Shown here piece after piece: positions 11,472 through 23,299 of a stretch of 64,000 nt of DNA. A program made the position numbers and the translations under genes. The notes beneath the pieces were generated by a model. The model saw only the letters and a program-made list of their open reading frames with translations, did not search any database and was not told the origin of the DNA. Numbering within the stretch: position 1 is the stretch's first letter; each line of letters opens with the position of its first letter. The stretch is taken from positions 992,001 through 1,056,000 of the forward strand of contig JAMWBK010000006.1 of assembly GCA_029953675.1 (NCBI GenBank). The letters are read 5' to 3'. This DNA is from Rhodosorus marinus CCMP1338. Its lineage: Eukaryota; Plantae; Rhodophyta.

Positions 11472-13492
11472 TTTTTCCTAACAACTTACTTTCCGGTAGA
11501 TCCGAATACCTTCCGAATATCCACCCTCCCCTTTCAAGCAAACCTAAAAACCCAGATCCGTCCGCATTTGCCCCCCTAATCCACACCCTACCACCTGATT
11601 TCCCTAACTCACTGCCTTCACAGCCGCATTTTCCAACCTAAAAATTCCCTACGTTAAACCTCTCTCCCCCTCCCCCACTAAAAATCAATCAGCTTGTCCT
11701 ACCTCCCTGCTTACCACCCAACATACATACCACCCACCCCCCTCTACCCCCTCCCCGCCCCCCCTCAAAAGGCCCGTCAAACCTCTTCCATTACACTCTG
11801 AATCCCCCAACCACCCCCCGTCCCCACTCTCCCCATCCGTTCTCCCTCCTCACCACCCCAAAAGCCACATGTATCGACAACGCCAAACACTCCCAAAAAA
11901 AAAATATACAAGAAAATCCTCATCGAAAAAAGAAGATAAAAAAGAGAAAGGAGGAAAAACCTTCGTTTCCATGACGAAGCGGGCAGTCAGCTTTACTGGT
12001 CAATCTCTGACAGCAAAAAAAAAGAAAACCCGTTTTTTTTTCAATTGGCATGAAAAGCTCCCTGTCTGCGTCTCTTTCCCCAATTTTTCGCGCCTCTTAA
12101 CTACTATTTTTCATTTAAAAAACATCACACCAACAGTACAGGAGAGAGTTTTTGCTTCTTTTTTGGTACACCTGTCCATTTTCCTCTTTTGACAGTAAAA
12201 AAAAAGAGAGCGTCCGTTGATGACGTGAAAGCTCTCTCTCTCTCTCCCTCACTCTCTCTCTTTCTCAGAAAGGGCGAGAAAGTGTGTGTGTGCGTGTTAC
12301 CTGTCCATCACTGACAAGGAATCAAATAGAAGACCGGCTATGCAAACACACTCCTTCCCAATGACGTGAAACGATAGTCGGCGTTTGTTGTCCACCGTGG
12401 AAAGGAAACGTTCAGTCCCCTCTTTTTCACCCCGATCAAAAACAATAAAAATATTAATTTCTTGTAAAAACAGGGAAATTCTCCCTCCCCCGCCCTAAAT
12501 TGATGGAACTCGAATTCCAGAAGAAATAAAAGGGATCGTTTTGAGGGTATATTTTTTTTTTATAGGATGTAGGAATGGGACACGTTTCTTCCTTTTTTTT
12601 CCGCAAGATGCCTTTTTTTGCTCCAAAAAAAAAAAAGCTCAGAGTGAATGAAAGGTGGCTCTGTCACAACCCCACAAAACAAGAGAATAGGGGGTACCAA
12701 AAGGTAACTAACTCTTGAATATCATGATTAATATAACTTTTACAAAGGTATTTTCGTTGTCCAAATGATAATCATATATTTTGAACCCCTTATGGATGAT
12801 GATTCTAAGCAAACGCACATAGTCGTTTTTACCCTGCCTTCGATCGAAATACTAAAATATCTTTTATTGTAAATTTTATTCAATTTGTGGCTGTATTAGG
12901 GTGTTGAGGAGGGGGGGGAGAGGGGAGGTAAAATAGAATGGTCGTGGATGACTGGATGCGTTGTCAGAGTGGACACGAGGATATTCGATGTTTAAACTAT
13001 TATTCAACAACACGAAGAGTGCCGATTCACGATTAAGGGGTCCATGGGGTTTGGATCGAAGAGAAAGCTCCATTGGAAGGCCTTCTTGGTGAGCGGATTT
13101 TCTTTTTCGCAGGGAAGGGAAGCAGTAGTTTCGAGTTTCCGCTTTAGTAACCAGATCTATAGATTCAGATGATCAAGTTAATGACTTCTACGTTGGTTTC
13201 TGGAATAACCATGAGTACCAAAAAAAAAGAGACCATGTACAAACGGAAACGAGAATACGTACTAGCAAAGGCTCGGCCAGTGAGTCTCTCCTAATTGAAG
13301 GAGCAGAGACCCAGCGCAGCGCCGTAGGCAAGCTCCTTCGTATCTCTGCATTACCTCCTGTGGTCGCCTAGGATGGATTCAGAATCTTGCAACTTGCTAC
13401 TTGTTAGTATAGTCGGGGCCGTTCGATGTGCACTGCACGATATTTAATGCCTCGAAAACGCTCTGCCTGACCAAGCCACTGTTTGGAAAGGT

Positions 13493-14692
13493 TCAGTTGA
13501 ACTCTCGGGCCCATCCACCACCTCCAGTTCCTGCCTCGTTAATGTCTTTACCCTCTGCTTCCATCTTCTCCTTCATAGCCAAGTACTGAGCATTATCGCA
13601 GGAGACCACTTGCTTGGCCCCCTTTTCAGTATAGTACGTGCAGAGGCTCTTCTTTAGAGCGAAAACCTTGTCAGCATCACAAAGAGTCGTGTTGTATGGG
13701 GGCGGTGGTGGATTGTCGCAAAAGCAGTTGTTCACTGGATCCTGCAGGTGCTCCCTATACTGCTCGCATCCCCAGAACATTTGGCAGAGTTCCTGGTAGT
13801 TTGATACCAGTTCACATGGGTTGTCCGGCAATGCCTTGTTGTACTTAGCCTTCAGGTCCATTCGTTGAACTCCCAGGAAGTCGTAGATCTTCGACATTTC
13901 AGAGTCGGGGTCTAGCACAAAGTCCTCATAGCGGGTAGTCATAATGCAAGGCCAGTCCACCATTTTCGCGATTCCTTTTGTCGTCTCCCGCGTAATGTAC
14001 GACTTCGCGAGAACGTACGCGAACTGATCGAATTGGGTTACCTCAAAACGGCAAAGCTCTGGATGCTTTTCGCAGTGCTCTTCGCTTGTCTCATCCCTCA
14101 TCCCTTGCTGAGATGAAAGGTCGCCTCGCACTCTGATCGAGTACAGCCCAATCGCACTCTTAACCACGTTGTCACGGTAGTTCAAAACCAGCCGAGTATG
14201 ATAATCGTCCACTAGCTCTTGCCAGAGCTCTTCCCCGTCTCGTATGTTTCCGGGTCTCACCTTGAAACCTTCTGCCATTGCTTCCGGAGCTAGCCTGTTC
14301 TGCTCGAAGAGGTACCGTGCAATTTCCTCCGATTGCTGAGGTTTTCCCACAGCGACGAGAAGTGGTTCATATGGGAAGGGTATGTTCAGCTCCGGGTGCT
14401 GCTCTAGAATAGACATGAGCGCAGTCGAACCAGAATGACCGATGAATCCAAGTATGAAAGACTCCGCCTTTCCAGTACACATTTTCGTCGGAATGATTTC
14501 CGATCCATCTAGACTCTGCTCTGCAGCAGAGGCCGGTTGTTCCTCATCCGTATTGATCGCCGACGGGAGACCAAAACCCACCTCACTCTCATCAATACCT
14601 TCCCCCCATGACTCCGTCACAGTGAGCTGACACATCGTAACACCCACGCACAAAACCGAAAACAAAACAAGCATCCAATCTTTCCCCCTCAT
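13493..14692 (-). CDS. Secretory-pathway sulfotransferase-fold protein, copy 2 (tandem paralog of 9987-11471); intronless, 399 aa
   Basis: Signal peptide; FIGHSGSTALMSIL; EGFKVRP; NYRDNVVKSAIGLY; TRYEDF; KIYDFLG; shares the cysteine pattern of copy 1. Confidence 0.7.
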   Translation of the reverse strand: MRGKDWMLVLFSVLCVGVTMCQLTVTESWGEGIDESEVGFGLPSAINTDEEQPASAAEQSLDGSEIIPTKMCTGKAESFILGFIGHSGSTALMSILEQHPELNIPFPYEPLLVAVGKPQQSEEIARYLFEQNRLAPEAMAEGFKVRPGNIRDGEELWQELVDDYHTRLVLNYRDNVVKSAIGLYSIRVRGDLSSQQGMRDETSEEHCEKHPELCRFEVTQFDQFAYVLAKSYITRETTKGIAKMVDWPCIMTTRYEDFVLDPDSEMSKIYDFLGVQRMDLKAKYNKALPDNPCELVSNYQELCQMFWGCEQYREHLQDPVNNCFCDNPPPPPYNTTLCDADKVFALKKSLCTYYTEKGAKQVVSCDNAQYLAMKEKMEAEGKDINEAGTGGGGWAREFN

Positions 14693-16330
14693 CTTTCCTC
14701 TGTCCTAAACACACCCTCTAACTTCAAAATCCACAACACCCTTCCCCACCAATAGCGAGAACCCAGATAACCCCCTCCCAGCCTTCCAGACAAAGATTTG
14801 TTAGAGCGCAAAACAGAAAAAAACAGAAAAACCTGCCTCCGTCCTCAGCTCCTCTCCAAAAGCAGCTTCTCTACCTACTTCAGTTCCAGACAGCACAGCA
14901 CTACCAAACCCCACCCTCCCTCCCGAAAGCCCCTAAAACACCCTCCCGCAACCCAACAAGAACAGTCGCTATCAAGGATCAATCCACAGCTCTCAAGGCT
15001 CACAGTCCCGTCCCAGAACAAAAACTCCCTTCACATGTATACGTAGACGCAGCGAGCAATCCTTACAAAACACATTTGAATGCAAAACACCCTTTCTGAT
15101 CCACAGCTTAGTACCTCTCCACGCCACGATCCCCCAAGACTGCCCTAGCCACCAGTAAATCCATCCAACCCTAAATACGACTACGTGTCCAAGAGAATCA
15201 TAATCTAGTAAGTTTAGGATATGTAGGCATATATTTAAAGGAGCAGCTGTCCTGCGATAAAAATATTTTTCAAAAATATTTTCCAGTTGAATGGAAACGG
15301 GTGACGCTTAAATGGGTGGATTAAATTTAAGATGATACGGTTTTTGGTTCTTTTTTGGGGGGTGTGTGATATGGCGATGGGTGGGTGTGGTTTGGATGTT
15401 TCGTGGGGTTTGAGGGGGCGTCCCGCTGCTTAAGACTGACTTGTAATGATCGCTCACCCCCCTTCCCCCCCCCCTTCGCGCAGAGGTGCTTTCCTTCTAG
15501 CCCTGTAGCTGATTGTTTGTTGGACGTAGACGAGTTGTTTTCGTGCGCTTGATTTGCCGTTCCCCGTCCGCATTGGCCCTGCGCTTGGCAACGTTGCTAG
15601 TCTATATTGGGGAGGGGGTGCTGGACGGTGACTGTGTTTCGAGTTCAAATTTTTTTCTGCTGATGGAGAGATATTTTCTACTGGACCTCACCCATGGGCT
15701 CAACGATGCCAACGCCAAAGGGTTGGGTTCACCCCCCGGACAAACCGCGGGGCAAGGTGGTTTAAAATTCCTTGAAGATGCAGGCATTTTGCTGCACTAG
15801 TGCACGTCCAGATCTATAACAGTTGGAAAAATAACCTTTGGGTTGACCTCACTCCATTCCCGACATCCGAACCCCGCACACCTTAAGCGACTACGAGCAT
15901 TCACGGTAAACACTATTCTGGGCTTCGACGCTTATATCTGAAAACCAAGATCATCACTTCATCAAACACATATCGATCTGAACCCACTTAGGCCCCTCAT
16001 AACCGAACCTCCTCTCTGGCGATGGGCTTTCCCCACCGCAGAAAGAACCTCGCACAGGTCATCCGCTCGCGAGATCAAACAAGTAGCTGAGAGTGGCATC
16101 GGTGCAGCCGCAGTACAAGCTGTAGAAAGTAAACTTTTATACCATTGAATTGACTGCCCACTCCTCTTTCCAAACAATGCTCCCCTTGCAAGTGGTGGGC
16201 TACTCTTACCCGCACACCGGACGCATCGATTTAGGAAGTCGATCTCCCGACGGCCGGGGAAGTTGGCTGAGAATCACAACCACAGGAAGCTTGAGGGTTG
16301 AGAGTCAGGGTTAGTATTGAGAAGATAATC

Positions 16331-18462
16331 ATGACGGACAACGACCAGCTTCGCGCTGGACAGAAGGCGCAGACGAAATCAGCGAGAGCGAGGACTCTTG
16401 TCGCACCAGTGATCGTCTCGTCAGATAACGTGCAGTACTCGGAGGATGAGATCATCTCCAAATACAGCTACACGGATACAAAGGTCACGATCGGTGAAGA
16501 TGGAACAGTGACCGCATTCCCGCAGAATTCTGTGTTTGAGTTCAAGACCAGACGTCGAGTTTCTCGACTGGGTCTGATGATGGTGAGCGAAACCGCACCA
16601 ACAGATTTCGCTGTGAGAAGAACATGCCTGGGAGAAGTTCCTCCCGGGCGTCGCACCAATGGAATTAAGCAATCCATCATCCAGATTCCCAGGCACTTAC
16701 TTGTGAGTGCATGTTCTCGTCTAGGTTGGCCTGGGAGGAAACAATGGAACTACAGTTGCTGCGGCAATGTACGCGAAGAAGCACTCGCTTGAATGGCAAA
16801 CACGGACTGGTACTCACGTCTCAAACTACAAGGGTTCACTTACACAGTGTGGAACATTCAGGGTAGGAACATCTTCTGAAGACGGGACCGATGTTTACAG
16901 TCCCCTGTCGAGCCTGGTTCCAATGGTCAACCCGGATGATATGCCGGTTTCCGGCTGGGACATCAGCGGACGCAACCTCGCGGATGCCATGGACTCTGCG
17001 CAAGTTTTGGAGCCAGATTTGAGGAATAAGCTGAGACCGTTTGTGGATAAGGTGGTACCACTGCCAGCGGCTTTTGATACTGACTTTATCGCGGACAATC
17101 AGCTTCCACGAGCTGACAATCTTATTCCCGGCCAGAAGCAAGAGCAGCTGGAGCAGCTCCGAAGAGACATTCGAAATTTCAAGGAGACCCAAGGCCTGGA
17201 TGAAGTAGTGGTGATCTGGACAGCAAATTCAGAACGGTATTCGAAGGAGATCGAAGGTGTCAATGACACGAGCGAGAATCTTCTTAAAGCAATTCAGGGC
17301 AATCATCCAGAGGTCAGTAGAGTTCAATGGTTGACCTCTGGCGGAAGTTTCACGCAGCAGCCAGGCAGGAACCGATAGCTTCTACTCTGACGAGAGAGCT
17401 TTGTACTTCCTTGTGCTGATTCGTTTCTTCCGTGAACAGGTTTCGCCGTCCACTCTGTATGCTGTAGCGTCGATTCTCGAAGGAGCTCCATACGTGAATG
17501 GGAGCCCTCAGAACACGCTTGTCCCAGGTTGCGTAAAACTGGCGGAAGAACTGCAGGTGTTTATATGCGGAGATGATTTTAAGTCAGGGCAAACGAAAAT
17601 GAAATCCGTCCTTGTTGACTACTTGATTGGCTGTGGAGTCAAGGTTTCGTTAGCACCAGGCTAAGAAGATGATTGAGGATTTCTTGGTTCCGTCTCCGTA
17701 TTGAGGTACTGATCTTAATTTCCCTTTTCTGGAATGCTCCAGGTGAAGACGATGGTCACCTACAATCACCTCGGCAACAATGACATGTACCAGCTTACGG
17801 ACCAAGTAATGTGGAAACCCAAGTCCGCCGCTAAAAGCAAGGTTATTGAGGATCTTGTGGAAGCGAACGAAGTACTTTATCCGAATAACGAAAAGCCGGA
17901 CCATGTTGTGGTAGTCAAGTGAGTGTTCCGCCAAGGACGGGTGCCTGTCATGTCCAAGCTTGATAATCTATCTGACCAATTGGTTCACCCTTGCAGGTAT
18001 GTGCCTTTCCTCGGCGATTCTAAACGTGATGTCTCTGAATACACCTCGGAGACTTTCCTTGACTCTCACTATACGATGATCATGCACAACGAATGCTTGG
18101 ATTCAGCGCTTTGCGCTCCACTGATCATCGATCTCGCCGTGCTCTGCGAGCTTTTTCAAAGGGTAAGCAGTGGTCTCAGGTCAGCCGAGTACAACTCCTG
18201 CGTACTGAACGACCACTGTTGTCCTGAAACCCCATGGTGTCGTTAGATCCGCGTGAAAGTGCAGGGGAGTGATGAGTTCAAGTCAATGCATCCAGTTCTC
18301 TCTGCACTAGGCTTCTTCATGAAGATTCCGAAAACCGCTGGTGAAGAGCCGATTGTGAATGCGTTGAATAGGCAGCGAGCTTGTATAGAAAACCTCGTCA
18401 AGGCACTGGTCGGACTTCCCGCGGAAAGCCATCTACTGCTTCCAACCAAATGCCAAGCATGA
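16331..18462 (+). CDS. INO1: Myo-inositol-1-phosphate synthase; multi-exon
   Basis: [109 protein letters not shown] are all MIPS hallmarks. Confidence 0.97.
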
Positions 18463-19699
18463 GAGATGCTTCAGACCTGAATACAACCTGATCGTAGTTA
18501 TCAGTAAAGACTATAAAACTCTTGCACGTTCAGCTTGATAAGAAAGAAAGAAAAAATAAACTGGAAAAACGATCCCAGAAACGATCAGTTTAGTAGTCAC
18601 ACACTTGTGGCTCCCCTTTCCCTCTCGTAGGAGACCCATCCGGGGTTGTTAGTTTTCCAGTAAGCCGGAAACGATCGTATCCCCCTCAACAGAGTGGTCA
18701 GCTCAATGTCCGATCCAGCGCGACGAGTCCATTGGCAAAAAAAGCAGGACCGCCAGCACCACATTTTCAGCCCAAACGTGAATTACCAAAACAATTCATA
18801 GCCAATCCGATAGAAAGTTCAATCAATATATCAATCTTATAAACTTTTGACTGAATAGAATCTTTTTATTCCAAATTTCTTGATCCCCCTCAATCCCAGC
18901 ATCACGCAATCAGCCCAGGGAAGGGGGGGTGTGGGGTGGGGTTGTATCTTCCACGCCAAACTTTATCAACGATGGAAAGGCCCTTCCCAGATTTCTTTCA
19001 AATCTATAGATAGGTTAATTAATTACTAAAATATAATATATGGGAATTGATATGCACTATGTCGGAGGGGTTAGAGGTTGAAAATACGTCCTCTCAGTAA
19101 CTCATCGAAGTAGAACGTGGGGGTAGCTTGCCCTTGGGAAAAAATAGGATATATTTTCAACTAACTAGGAGCCGATTTATTGTTTAGGGGGATTTTTTGA
19201 GATGGTAATATTGGCCTGCTGGCCTGCCCCCAAAACAATCTCAGAGATAAGCCTCTACGCCAAAAAGACGTCAAGTGTCAAAAGGGGAGTAGTTGGTCTC
19301 TGTTGGACGGGGAACACCATTGGAAAATAAAAACAAATCGTTTCTTTCGGTAGCGTTTTGGAGGGTTTGGTGGATTTTGTTACGAGATTTCGGTATTGGA
19401 AGGGGTTTCTTGGATATTGTTCCGGTGGAAGAGAAAGGGGTTGGGAGAGTTGGGAAAGGGGGGGTTAGGTTGAGGTTAGGACAGTTGGAAGCTAAATGTG
19501 GGGGGATGAGGAGGACGTGAAGGGAGGTAGGGGAGGGAAAGAGTATACAAAGCGTGTATGCGAGAAGGATTTGATACTTGTTGTTTGTTGGGAGTTGGAA
19601 TAGATTGTATGGAAGGTGGTTGAGAGGCGGGTTTGGTTTGGAAAAAGGTTGCAGAGGAGTGTGTGGGAGGGATGTGGAGGTTCGTGTTTGGAGGCGGTT

Positions 19700-19818
19700 G
19701 AGAGAGAGAGAGAAAGAGAGAGTCGGAGAGACGGAGAGACGGAGAGACAGAGAGACAGAGAGACGGAGAGACAGAGAGGCAGATAGACAGATAGACAGAT
19801 CGACAGACAGAGAGAGAG
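19700..19818 (+). repeat. Compound GA/GACA purine-rich microsatellite in the 5' leader of ORMDL
   Basis: (GA)n interspersed with GAGAC/GACA/GATA units. Confidence 0.9.
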
Positions 19819-19982
19819 GTGTGTTTGAGGTAGAGAGCAAAGAAGGGAGCACTTTCTTGTTGGTTAAGGTTCTGTTTTTGCTTCTTCTGGGGCTAAAAGG
19901 AGGAATCAGTCAGGTGGTGGGGAAGGTGGTTTAACAGGACCCCAAGGGTTCGTTTAGTTCCGTGTTTACTGAGGTTTTCGGG

Positions 19983-20444
19983 ATGCAAGCGGGTCACGGG
20001 TCGGTGACGTCGGATGTAGGAGTCGAATGGTTGGGTAAGAAAGGGTCGTGGAGCTTCTATGTAGCTCTTCTGCTTATTGGCAGGGTGCTTGTGTCAATTT
20101 TGGGGTTGGAGCCAAGTGCAGCGTGGACGCTGGTTAACATCGGACATTGCGTTGTAACTTTTATTACCTTCCATTGGTGCAAAGGAAGTCCTTTCCCTAC
20201 ATATTGGTTATACGTACCGGAGAACGAGGACACCTATACTTGGTGGGAGCAAATTGACCGTGGGTGGCAATTTACTCCTTCTCGAAAGTTTTGCATTGTC
20301 CTGGTAATTGTTCTTTATTTGTTCGCCGTCGGCGCAACACCATGGAGCAACGTGTGGATGCATATGCTCAACTTTGTTGCATTTCTAGTTTCCTTGACTC
20401 CTAAGCTCCCGTGTATGGACAAGGTGCGAATATTCCGGGATTAG
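19983..20444 (+). CDS. ORMDL: ORM1/ORMDL family ER membrane protein (serine palmitoyltransferase regulator); intronless, 153 aa
   Basis: KGSWSFY, AWTLVNIGHCVVTFITFHWCKGSPF, TWWEQIDRGWQFTPSRKF, PKLPCMDKVRIF are ORMDL signatures. Confidence 0.95.
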   Translation: MQAGHGSVTSDVGVEWLGKKGSWSFYVALLLIGRVLVSILGLEPSAAWTLVNIGHCVVTFITFHWCKGSPFPTYWLYVPENEDTYTWWEQIDRGWQFTPSRKFCIVLVIVLYLFAVGATPWSNVWMHMLNFVAFLVSLTPKLPCMDKVRIFRD

Positions 20445-20599
20445 CTGACAGGAAAAACCGTACATATTTCTCTTTCCTCTTTTTTTTAAGAAAAGTCTTC
20501 CAGCCCGTCGGCTTGTTACATTACAAAACGCAAAAAAAGGATCCCAACAAACAAGGAGCTATGATTAAGTAAAGGAGAAAACAAGCTTTTGTCTAAGTC

Positions 20600-22340
20600 T
20601 GGCGGGATCTTTGCGCTGTACCAGTTCAAGGAAAGAAATTTCTCCTTTATATTCCTTCTTGGAATTCTTTGACAGTGCTTCAGGAGCAGAAGTGGCGGTT
20701 GTCGGAGGGAGCGATTCCCATCGGCCTTTGGACAGCCAGAAACCTTGTGAACACGATCTCCTAAAGAACGTGGATTGGTACAGCTGGAGACAGATCGGAC
20801 AGACAGACGGTTTGGAGAACGTAAACCTTGAAAAAATTCTTGGCCCCTGGCGATGTTGATGGGTCATGTGTGCCTGTTTATGGAATTTAGTCTGCAAAGA
20901 TCCGATAACCACATACAAGCTTTCTCAGCAGGGAACGAAAATGGACTATACGCTGTATCCCTTCATGCCGTTGTAGATACAGACCTATGCCCCATCCAAT
21001 GATATCACTTTTTCTGGGTACGGAGTTTGCAGTCTTCAGAGCTGCTTCAATTTCGTAGCAGGCATACTGACCGGAACTAGCAGACGATCACCATCACAAG
21101 GTGTTGGCTATCTCAATTCTAGAGCGTCTCATAAACTTAAAACACATCACAGCTGCTGTATATCTTGAGCAGATCACGTATCAACCCACTGCGGGCTCGA
21201 AGAACGCGAGAAGGCGGACAGAAATCAGGACGCAGCCACTACCGCCTGAAGCAGGCGGGTCAAGTATGACATTGAGTTGAATGGTATCCACGTCCGCCTG
21301 ATCCACATCGCAGCCTCCGAACGCTTCAATCCCGTGCAGTTGCTCGCTACGCAGTTTCGTTCTCACACCAAGAGTTCACCCGCCAACTCCTTCCAGGTTG
21401 GCAGCGATATTCCTGGCCTACCGGCGTCCAATGCCCTTTGCAGCAAACTATGCTCAACAACTTCATAAGGTTGTTGAGCATAGTTCCATTCTCGTAGAAC
21501 CACACGCCAGCATCTCCTTAAACTTCTGCTGATCTTCTTTCGAAAGCAGAGGTCGCACATAGTCCCGGGTAACTCTGTTTCCGCTGGCTACAGACGCGAC
21601 TAGAGCAAAGCCAAGGAACCATCGTTGGACTCATCTAAGAATAATGAGTAAAACAGGATGAGAAAGTGCCCATCCTCACCTCTTGAAACTCCCATTCCGC
21701 AATACTTCGCCTTCTTCTCCAAGCGAAATCGGACGGGCGAGACTCTGGCTCAACGAGCTGCGTCTCCTCCCTGAAACTTGCGCAGTTTTTCAATTGCGCC
21801 ATCGACCTCTCGTAGTTCCTCCCGTACGTTACAATCTGTCCGTAATGTCTGCCCCGTGCAGACCACTTCCTAAACGGTTCAGGGGTTTCCGTGGGAAGGT
21901 CCACACATCCGATGGAGGGCTACCACCTTCCTAAGGGTAGCACCCTCCCCAGTCGTGCCCAGCTCCGACATTAAGCTGACGCTGTCTGCTCAGCAAAAGC
22001 TTTCCTCCACACCCCTTCCGTTCGCCTGCAGTTCCATGATGTTCTTAAGCAACACCAAAAATTCTTATAGCAAGTCCGGCAAGCCCCCTCCCCCCCTCTT
22101 AACAAAGCTGAGCTCAACCCTAGCCTGTCTCTAAACACACTTGGTCACTCTCATTCCGTTATACTCGGCCTTCTTCTCCAATGGAAACCAGGCCGCGCGT
22201 AGCTCTGACCCAATGGGCGACATTCACCCTGTGAACCTACTTGGTGGAACTTCCCAATGGATCTATCCAACTCCATGACAACTGTCCTTTGGAGGCCAAG
22301 AGACAGATAATGAAAAGAATCTTTCAAAATTAGGAACACT
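20600..22340 (-). pseudogene. Possible decayed coding relic of unknown identity
   Basis: A long minus-strand frame reads protein-like but is broken by scattered stops (LLKNIMELQANGRGVEESFC*ADSVSLMSELG...RRRSIAEWEFQE), followed by a splice-donor-like gtgagg. No family recognised. Confidence 0.2.
21446..21485. repeat. Perfect 16-bp inverted repeat with 8-nt spacer
   Basis: aactatgctcaacaac-ttcataag-gttgttgagcatagtt. Confidence 0.9.
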
Positions 22341-23299
22341 TTATGAAGTTTTAGAGGATATTCCGCTATATTTAAACTAAAATTTCTTATTGAACCTAAA
22401 AACCCATATTCGTCGAGTTCGTCCCGAAAACTATGCTCTAAGCGGAGACGCTGCGTGAGAACACAGAGAAAATGAAACCCACCTCAAAACCACCTTAAAA
22501 CAAAATCCTTGTATTCTAGAATTTGCTCGTAAACTATCCAAATCTGAGACTAGTACCTCAGGGATTCTTGTTGTAGACCTTCTCCCTCTCTATATTCAAA
22601 AAACTATGCAAATTTTTGGTATATCTTTCTGTCATGATTTAGAAACTTACATCGATCACCAGCAACATCTCGTGCCTGCTAAAACTATTCCGGACCCTGC
22701 TTAAGAAAGCGGTGCAATAATCCTTATAAGTCTATAAGTATCTCGACAATTCTTAGTTTAGAAATTCCGCTGAGCGCGGACTTGAATATTTTGAATAACG
22801 GAGATATCGCCTAGACATGATTTAGATCAAGAGTCCAAAATAGAGTTTTTATGGACTTCTGGTGTGAAAGTCGATCTGTTTCAATGTCTTTCAGTGGCGA
22901 GCTGGTTTCTTGCTCGTGTGTTGACTAGAAGAAACACAGCCCTTCGATTTCTGTTTCCTGTTAAGATGGTCTTCTGAAGGACTATAGCAGCTGGCTGAAG
23001 AAAGTTAAGTTCCCTGGGAGACGAAACTGGGGGAGTTAGTGTTTGTTGTGGGCTGTTGTCATCTTCACGAGGTCTTGGGCGTGTTCCATTTGGGGTGGAA
23101 GGGAAGAGGGTGGCTGGACAGGGTAGAGTTTTCGATTTCTGCTTTTTCTAGGCTGTTGGTTCTTGTCCATTTGGTTGTGGAAAGAGCAAGAGCGATTGTG
23201 TTTGTTCTTATTGTTCTGATTTGCTTGGAGTGAGATTCGGCTGTGGAAGGAGTGTGGATTCGCTTAGTGGAGTACTGGAATCTCTGAACAAGGATTTCG

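Noticed and set aside
19271-19852. 193-aa minus-strand ORF and 118-aa plus-strand ORF
   Set aside because: Low-complexity translations of the GA microsatellite and G-rich leader of ORMDL.
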